Origin: Callorhinchus milii
Taxonomy: Eukaryota
Reading direction: 5' to 3'
Assembly: GCF_018977255.1 (NCBI RefSeq)
Contig: NW_024704743.1
Coordinates: forward strand, 18,044,001-18,108,000
Length of the DNA stretch: 64,000 nucleotides
Part shown: piece by piece, positions 53,904 through 64,000 of the stretch
Layout: every line of letters begins with the position of its first letter
Numbering within the stretch: position 1 is the first letter of the stretch
Made by a program: the position numbers and the translations under genes
The notes under the pieces: generated by a model
Told to the model about the DNA's origin: nothing
What the model saw: only the letters and a program-made list of their open reading frames with translations
The model's database searches: none

Positions 53904-55579
53904 TGTGGCCTGACATATTCTACAAAGTTACAACTTGATATCAAAATGTCCTTTATATTTAGAATAAAGAATTGTCTTAATTGTATGTCTACAAAAAATA
54001 ACAATAATAGTTTGGTGATTGAATCCACGACTGTTTGGGGGACACTGCTGTGCACATTAGGGTGCTGCGTTTCGCCCACAAAATATATGGTCAATTCACT
54101 TTACAGTATATTCTGTGAAGTGCTTTGAGATGTCTCGAAGATGTAATAATATGCTATATCAAATGCAAGAATTATTATTATTATTACTATAATTGTCTAT
54201 TTCCATAATATAAAAGAACTATTATTTGGATCCGAGTTTTGATGCATGACTTTTTTCATTTTAAACAAACTGAAGTATATGAGGTAACTGAAATTCCATT
54301 AGTTTGGCTAAGATTTAGGCGAAGTGTTAAACTGAGGTCCCGGACGCCTGTCTGTTTCCATGAATATTAAAGATCCAATGGCATTATTTGACTAAAAGCA
54401 GGGAGTCTCTCTTTATCCTTGCCAACAATCCTCTAGATACTATGGGCCATTCACTTCATGTCTATTTGTGGGCCATTACTGCGCTCAAAATGGCTGCCCA
54501 CATCCGCCTACGGGTCCAGTCACTACACTAAACAGTAGACATCCTGTGAAACGCTTTGAGATGTTTCAGCGAACCTGTCCAAGGTTCCAATGCGCAATCC
54601 TATCGACCCTGATTCGTAAGTGATAGTTAACTGCATTTGAACTTTTGTGTGCATGGGGCAAGGTTGCAGGAAACAGTAGTGTCAGGGGCAGTGAACAGCT
54701 GACAGAAGCAGTGTGTTAGCCTTTGCTCGTCATGTTCTCTGAATGGGCCGATAATGTTCATGTGCATCTGCTTGTTCTTGAGTTACATCGCTCTCTGCAA
54801 AGCAGTTTAAACCATCTGCTCATTTGACCTCTTCCATTGCTTAACCTCTTTGTAGCTTTTATGGCTGTGTTAAATATACTGCAGTATTAGGGTTCTTTCA
54901 TCTATCGCCCCACGTTTGTACATATATTATTTGTGTGGCTGTCACAGCTTAAGCTGCTGCCTTTCACTTCATAAAAGTTATTACACTTCTTGAGACTGTT
55001 GGACGTATGAAATGCAAGAGTATGTTTTTATTTAGAAAATCTTTGGGATTCTTCAAGAGAAGGAGCTTCGTGTCCGACACGGATGGAGCAACAGGAATAG
55101 GGTTGTGTTGGGCTCATTCACTGTGGACCAGTGCAGTGTGTATTGCCCGGCCCTGCAGTAGTCACTTCACCCCTTTGAGACCTGGGGGCTTCCCTGGCAG
55201 TGATATATCAACGTGTAAAATGAATGAGGTTGGGGTCATTGGGTCTTAGCTTTCATTTCGTGTGATTAAAGCGTGAAAATCATGAAACATTCACAACGAA
55301 TGGGTTGGTGGCAACGTTGCATTTTCAAGAAATTCGGTGGTGAGATGCACAACGCACAGATTGAAACCAATGCACCAGCAGTGAGATATGGCTGTTGTTG
55401 CGCAATGGTGAGATCTTCCGAATTTAATGTTTCAAACGAAACGGGGGGAGAAAACAGCTTTGTTTTCCGGTGGTTGGGGCAGCAGGTTTGCAAGTAAAAT
55501 CTGCTTTTGTAGTCGCTTCGACTGTGTGGGACCATGTGCACTCCTAACTCCACTGTCATCCCTGACTTCTCTTCGTTAG

Positions 55580-55720
55580 GACGATACTTGATCGGGAAGT
55601 GTTACTGGAGTTCGCTAAACTCGGAAGTTACCTGGAGTACGATCTGTTTGGCACAGAAATGCTGAATTACGTGTTCAATACGGATATCGACATGCCGTGT
55701 GACAGTGAGAGAATCAGGTG
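55580..55720 (+). CDS. PTER: PTER coding exon 3 (aa 233-280); missed by the ORF track
   Basis: cttcgttag|[56 protein letters not shown]; donor TG|gtaagt. 141 nt, phases match both neighbours. Confidence 0.96.
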
Positions 55721-57210
55721 GTAAGTACACAAAACAGAGAATAAAATAGTCACAGCAAGAAAGCAACACACACACACACTGTGTGGCTTTTCAGCAATGT
55801 TACCTTTCACATGTGTTGTTCAAAACCTGTGCACAAGCCAACGATAATGTAACACGTTTTCGTCGAAAGTTGTGGATGATACCACAATTTGTAATTTACA
55901 GCTGTTTATGGCGGATAACTCTATGTGCAGGTAATCTGCAGATAAAATCCGATCGATTTCAACCAGTGCTACTTTGCAGTGGAGTTAAACCCACAGACAA
56001 CGTTGGAAAGAGTCTTCAAGAACTAAAGCGGTTATATATTGACTTATTAAAAGCAGAAAAGTTAGAACACTTGTAAGAAAATCCACATTGCACTATGGAT
56101 TACATATTGGGCATTGGGATTATCAATTTACCTGTTGATATGGGAAATAAATTAATTTATCGTCTGCAAAAGGCTACATCACATCATACATTTTATTTTT
56201 TTCAATCAAGTAATTATTTTCCAATTGATCTGCATATTTAGCGATCCGTGGAGTTGTTTCGTGTATCTGAATTTGGTGCATTTCGCTTAAATGGTTACTG
56301 TTTACTGCTTGACGTTGCTGAAAAAAGTTGAAAGAAAATCCAATCTTTTCTGTTTTGCTTTACTTCTGAATTTGTATGTGAAGGGTAATACTGTACCACA
56401 ATTTTTGACTAGATAAATAAATCAATCAATTTATTTGCTGGTAAATCCGACCCTAATAAAAGCGACCCACGAGTCTGAAATAGACTGACCATGTTTTGTG
56501 AGCAGTTCCATAAATGTCATCCAACTTCCTACTGTTATTTTTTTCTCTCTCTGCAAAAGAAACTGATTGACAGCAACATTTCAGTGCTTCACGAGCATAG
56601 AAGAATATCTCTTTATCATCAAGTTTACGAAATGATTAGTATATTCAAGAGGTTGTGATGAGATGTTTGGGTATTACTGATTTTTCTAATCTTTTTTTTA
56701 TATCAGTGCAAGTCAATTGAGGGAAGCGTTGTCTCTGGTTATATAAATCAATCAGTTGGTGACTGAAGTGTGAAATGGTAACACATCTGTGCAACCACAC
56801 GCCTTCCTGGTAAATGGCTCGAATAATAAACGGGACTTTCTTTTTTGCCAGTGAAATACTGATGAAAATAATACACAAGGGGTCGTGTTGGGGAGGGGAG
56901 GAGTGGGTGGGGGTGAAACAGGACTTTAAAAAGTTTAGGCTTTTCACGGTTATTTTTAAAGTACAGTATTTTGAAGAGTTCAGTAGTCGGTCTGGACATT
57001 CAGGTCGTCTCGACATAAATCCAAACACACCTTTCACAAAGAGAGCAACACATCATTTGTTGAACCAAATTTGATGCCAGGTGTAGATTATAATGGAAAT
57101 GGACATAACGAAGAAGTATTGTTGCTTGAGGTTTGTTTTTGGTGGGAATGGGCATTTGGTGGAGCAGGGGGGAGACATGCATTTTATTTTATTTTCTCTT
57201 GTATTTTCAG

Positions 57211-57421
57211 GGTCCGCCAACTGGTTGAGGAGGGCTATGGAGAGAAGGTACTCATTGCTCACGACGTGCACACCAAGAACAGGCTGATGAAGTATGGGGG
57301 ACACGGCTATTCCCACATCCTCACCAATATCGTCCCCAAAATGCTTACGAGGGGCATTACCCAATCGATGATCGACACTATTTTGGTGGAAAACCCCAAA
57401 CGCTGGTTAACCTTCAAATAA
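57211..57421 (+). CDS. PTER: PTER last coding exon (aa 280-349, TAA)
   Basis: gtattttcag|[17 protein letters not shown] (D298)...[18 protein letters not shown]...[10 protein letters not shown]. Four exons sum to 1050 nt = 349 aa + stop. Confidence 0.97.
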
Positions 57422-57475
57422 TTGGGACGGAAAGTTGCGCGCAGCCGCTCAGGTCGCGTTTATACGCTTTGTTTC

Positions 57476-57481
57476 AATAAA
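57476..57481 (+). promoter_or_regulatory. Candidate proximal polyadenylation signal of PTER
   Basis: AATAAA 55 nt after the stop, followed by a T/GT-rich tract near 57508-57520. Further AATAAA at 57979 and 58086. Confidence 0.5.
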
Positions 57482-59598
57482 AAATGCATAAGTAAATGGT
57501 AATAAGGCTTTTGTGTTTCCTCCACATGTGCAGCGAGCCAGGCTGCTGGTCAATTTCTCGATAAAAATGACAAGAGATGATGGAATCGATCCCCTGTTTT
57601 GTTTGTGTGATGATCTCTCGCTATTTGTTTGCGTTGACAATAATGAAACGTTGAACAGAAAATTAATGAAGCAGGAAGCACCAGTTGTTGCCTATTATTA
57701 TTATTATTATTATTATTATTAGGAAGGGATTTGCAGCAATCATTCAGTCCTAAACGGACATAGATTGTATTTTTTACACACCTCGTACTTGTAAATTGGT
57801 GCTATCGAAAGCCGATCATGCTGCAAAATATAGCAAATCTATAGAATATTTTGGAATATAACCTGTTATTGCCTCGGCACCATGTATCCTAACAACGCGT
57901 TTCCTGGTTAGATTATGTATTAGTGTCATATGTGTAATGCAAATAGATTAGGAGTGATGTATATTGGAGCTGAGGCCCAATAAACAAGTAATTTAGCATG
58001 AAACGATCTGCCAGTACCGAGTCTGAATAGATCAACACAATTAAAATGCGTCTATTTCTTAAATTATTGGCAAAGTATTTGCATGAATAAAATATTGCTC
58101 AAGGCTGCAACGCGGGTGGGGGGGGGGGGGGGTGGGGGGGGAGAGAGAGACAACCCTTCACCACTCTGAGACACTGCTAATACAGAATTGAGGTGGTATT
58201 CATGTACTGAAGCAATGTGACTTATTGCATTAAAGAAAACACTGTAACGAGAGCACGAACTCGGCAAACAAAATGAGCCAGAGGTTTGGAGGTGTTGTAT
58301 CCTTCTTTAATGAACAGCAATATTGTATAACAATAATCCGGGCCAAAATCAGCAACTGCTTTATAATGGTGAATTTAAACAAAGATAAGAACAGGTTACA
58401 CAGTATCTCCCTCACACTGCACCGTCTTTAATCTTTTTTTAAAAAAAGTTTTATTCTTCTTAAACTCAAATTCGAAAGGGAAACTGGAAAACAGTACGTC
58501 TCCAGTCATTTTTTTCCCCCCCACCCCCCAGTTATCAAACTGAATCTCGGGTCCCCCAATTCGGAAGCATTTATTTAATCCCTGTTCCGGAGCTCCACTT
58601 TATGGGCTCTCTCCCGCAAAATAGCTGCGATTGGGCTGAGATAGTAAAAGTTGCAGTTTGTACTCTGCTCAATCTGGCAACGATTTTAAAAAAAAATACG
58701 TGTCCAAGCGCCTCTTACCTACTGCATGGAAGAAAAACGCTGAATACTGAAAGGTACAACGTACATTATTTGTAAGACCAGCCATTTACTCTTTATATAT
58801 AACCACTGGCACCTTATTGCATATGTACAATACAACGAGCTTGCAATTCATGCCACAGCAATCAGGATGCTGTATATTGTATATTGCAGACACATTTATT
58901 CTTTACATCGATTGGCAATTTTAAATGAAAGAATTGCACCGGTATAAGGCAAACAATAACCATTTTTTTTTTCCTGTTAAAAGGAGCAGCATACTTGTTG
59001 ACAATACTATTATTTTATTAAGTGTTAGAAAATCATTGCTCACCACAGCGATTAATGTGGAAACGTTCTCCCAAAGCAGAGAAATTGCTAAGCACGACAA
59101 CCAAAACGATGCTGCATGGATATAGCTGTGAGCTCATACATCAAAGCATCTGAGAATGAGAAACATTTTTGAAAATCCTATTTTTTTTTTCCCACGTAAT
59201 CTGGAGGTTTTAAAGAAAAAACTGGCCATTCTGTTGCTCAGCTCTGGACAGATTCCTCTCACAAAACACAAGGCTAACAAGGAGAAATTGCTTTGGGGTG
59301 TAAAAGTCAGACTAACCCAAACTGAGCCTATATAACACTGGACGTAGTCTTTTTTCGAAGTGTGCAGACATGTTTTAAACAGTTTTTTTTTATATTAAAA
59401 AAACACACACACACACACATACACACGCGCGGCTGGTTGTATCCAGAAGTAAGATGCACATCTGGTGACTGTCCATTTGGTTTTTGCAATGATCTTCCTC
59501 GGCCATGGGGAATCCAGCTGTCCTGCACACAGGAGCAAGTAGGAGGTTTTTTTTTGTGTGTGTTGTGATTCGTTTTTCTTTTCCCTCCCATTTCTCCC

Positions 59599-59817
<219 letters not shown>

Positions 59818-59833
59818 TCAATGTGTGCAAGAA

Positions 59834-60080
59834 TGCTAAGCTCTGGTGTATCTGCTGTTTGGTGTGGATGCTAAGCTCTGGTGTATCTGCTGTTTGGTGT
59901 GGATGCTGAACTCTGGTGTATCTGCTGTTTGGTGTGGATGCTAAGCTCTGGTGTATCTGCTGTTTGGTGTGGATGCTAAGCTCTGGTGTATCTGCTGTTT
60001 GGTGTGGATGCTGAACTCTGGTGTATCTGCTGTTTGGTGTGGATACTGAACTCTGGTGTATCTGCTGTTTGGTGTGGATA
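59834..60080. repeat. 35-bp minisatellite, 7 copies, in the C1QL3 intron
   Basis: tgctaagctctggtgtatctgctgtttggtgtgga; ctctgg recurs at 59841, 59876, 59911, 59946, 59981, 60016, 60051. Confidence 0.95.
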
Positions 60081-60635
60081 CTCTTAAGCCGGGTGATGGG
60101 TTTCCCCATGTGCCAGACACCCGGCTGACCACAAAACACATTGACTTTTCTACATTGGTAATAATAATAATAATCATCATCATCATCATAATAATCTTTA
60201 CATTGATATTTACCTCCCAATTCGTTTTATTTCACGGACATTCCTGTGGCCCCCGATCAGCAGGTGCATTTGCGATGGTAAACCAGCACCGAGTTCATCG
60301 GACACCTCTCCAAATTGTCCTTTAACCCCCTCGCACTTTGAGTTGGTGTCTCAACGACTCGCTTCTGCTTCGCCCAAGGTGCACAAATACACTTGCACCC
60401 CCCAACCCCCACCCCCCCCCCCCCATCCCACCCCCTCCAGCCACCCCAAACACACACACCATTGCATTGTCAAGTAAGAAGCGTAGTACAACTTTTGCAA
60501 TAATAATAATAATAATCATAATAATCTCATCGACCCCCCCCCCCCCCCCCCACACACACACACTACCCTTTTTATCTAAAACACAACGGATCTAAACGAT
60601 AACCAGTAACAGCAGCCAGAAGGCAACACCAGTCA

Positions 60636-62227
<1,592 letters not shown>

Positions 62228-62359
62228 ACAGACCCTCTCACTCACCCCCTCTTCTCTGTCTGAGGATCGGAGATGGACTCACTCTCACGGTTTCAATGGC
62301 CGGAGTGAGTGAGTGAGTGAAGTGAGTGAGTGAAGTGAGTGAGTGAGTTGTGGATCTTC

Positions 62360-62480
62360 AGTGAAGTCGACGTGAAGGCGGCGTCCGGCATTTAAGCCAC
62401 ACTTCGGCTCCTCACACGCCTCCAAGAGGAAAAAGCCGCCAGTTTCCCACCTGCCCCCGATCCCAGGTTCACGTGCGAGT
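62360..62480 (-). promoter_or_regulatory. Candidate C1QL3 core promoter
   Basis: CpG-containing unique island between microsatellites. TATA-like GCTTAAAT on - at ~62390-62397; E-box CACGTG 62470-62475. Confidence 0.35.
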
Positions 62481-62504
62481 GGAGGAGCGAATCATTTCCG
62501 AGCA

Positions 62505-63003
62505 CTACACTCACTCTCTCACACTCACTCTCACTCACACACTCACTCTCACACACTCTCACTCTCACACACTCACACACTCACACACTCACTCTCACAC
62601 TCTCTCTCACACTCACTCTCACACTCTCTCACACTCACTCTCTCACTCTCACTCTCTCACACTCTCACAATCTCACACACTCTCTCACACACTCTCACAC
62701 TCACTCTCACTCACACACTCACTCTCACACACTCTCACTCACACACGCACTCTCTCACTCACTCTCACACACTCACTCTCACACTCTCTCACACACACAC
62801 ACTCTCACAATCTCACACACTCACACACGCACTCACTCTCACACTCACTCTCACACACACACTCACTCTCACACTCACACACTCACTCTCACACACTCTC
62901 ACACTCTCTCACACTCTCACACTCTCTCTCACACTCACTCTCACACACTCACTCACACACTCACTCTCACACTCTCGCACACTCTCTCTCACACTCACTC
63001 ACA
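62505..63003. repeat. (CACT/CA/CT)n compound microsatellite upstream of C1QL3
   Basis: Direct inspection. A (CTT)n/(CT)n tract also lies at 62096-62228. Confidence 0.95.
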
Positions 63004-63679
63004 AAGAAAAAAATCCTCAGTCCTTATCGAATTACTGTGGGTCGACTCTGTTTGAAACGGTGCCACTCTCTCTGGTTCTGTGTCACCCGTTTTGTTGGCT
63101 CACAAGTGAGTGAGGCTGAAAGCATTGGGAGGGATGGGAAGGAGGGAGGGATGGGAGGGGAGGAGGGAGGGAGGGAGGGAGGGATGGATGGGAAGGAGGG
63201 AGGGAGGGAGGAGGGGAGGGGAGGGCAGAGCATCAGGCGGGTAATCACCTGTTGGATCTCACTGACTCCCAAGTGATGGCTGTGCTGCTCACTGAGCTGC
63301 CAAAACACTCACTCAAACTTCTTTCCAGTCGGTTTAACCATCAGTACACAGGAGAGAGAGAGAGAGAAATAAAGCCCCTATTGCTTTTATATATATATAT
63401 ATATTTTTTTTGGGGGGGGTCTGTGAGAGAGAGAGAGGGGGAAGGAGGGAGGGAGGGAGGGAGGGGAGTGATGTGGAGAAAGAGAGCGAGAGAGAGAGAG
63501 AAGAAAGTGGCACTTGTACACTGAACTCAACACAGAAATCTCGTGGTGTGGGGGGGTTCGGAGGGGGGGAGTGTCACTCACCCCCAGCGCCCGGACGCCC
63601 ACCCCCCGTCCCCCCCCCCCACCCTCGGCGATCCAAGGGGACCTACACCACCCGGGTCTGTGCCGAGTGAACCCAGGCT

Positions 63680-64000
63680 CGACCGTGTGAGCCCGAGACC
63701 CCCCACACCGTGACCGTGTGAGCCCGAGACCCCCCCCCACACCGTGACCGTGTGAGCCCGAGACCCCCCCACACCGTGACCGTGTGAGCCCGAGACCCCC
63801 CCAACTGTGCCCATGTGAGCCCGAGACCCCCCCACACTGTGACCGTGTGAGCCCGAGACCCCCCACACTGTGACCGTGTGAGCCCGAGACCCCCCCACAC
63901 TGTGACCGTGTGAGCCCGAGACCCCCCCACACTGTGACCGTGTGAGCCCGAGACCCCCCACACACACACTGTGACCGTGTGAGCCCGAGACCCCCCCACA
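63680..64000. repeat. ~32-bp minisatellite, ~10 copies, runs off the window end
   Basis: gaccgtgtgagcccgagac-C(n)-acactgt units with variable C-run length. Confidence 0.93.

Noticed and set aside
57071..57210. N-terminal part of the 116-aa ORF and similar extensions (44046-44135, 49570-49578)
   Set aside because: Intronic read-through beyond canonical splice sites; exon phases already give a complete 349-aa PTER.
59834..60080. Regularly spaced 35-bp repeats resembling a CRISPR array
   Set aside because: Units are head-to-tail with no unique spacers, there are no cas genes, and the context is a vertebrate intron. Same for 38320-38520 and 63680-64000.
62293..62391. AUG-initiated uORF upstream of C1QL3 (ATG at 62391 on -)
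   Set aside because: The AUG overlaps the TATA-like element and probably lies upstream of the TSS; it is mostly microsatellite. Not supportable without 5'-end data.
62473..63999. His/Ser/Thr-rich and Gly-rich ORFs upstream of C1QL3
   Set aside because: Products of the (CACT)n microsatellite and the 32-bp minisatellite.

Overview
Vertebrate genomic DNA, inferred from its repeat content (tRNA/Deu-core/L2-tail SINEs, young L2, CR1) to be from a cartilaginous fish, possibly a chimaera. It holds two complete, convergent protein-coding genes. PTER is on + with four coding exons (43614-44045, 49579-49844, 55580-55720, 57211-57421), 349 aa, all six metal ligands intact. C1QL3 is on - with exons 61925-61308 and 59778-59599, 265 aa. 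The first ~41 kb has no host gene that I can recognise. It is a mosaic of L2 and CR1 LINE fragments, tRNA-Ala-derived SINEs, MITEs, a solo LTR, a decayed Harbinger transposase, minisatellites and a few candidate conserved non-coding elements. Most notable: (1) an in-frame AUU in strong Kozak context that would add a 31-aa basic N-terminal extension to C1QL3 and could turn its signal peptide into a membrane anchor; (2) a shared L2/SINE 3' stem-loop with a compensatory change and an apparent SINE tail-swap series; (3) a fossil Harbinger transposase; (4) inverted repeats bracketing PTER exon 3; (5) a minisatellite amplified from an unclassified retroposon tail. No prokaryotic-type system (CRISPR, operon) is present. 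All calls are by eye; repeat boundaries are approximate.
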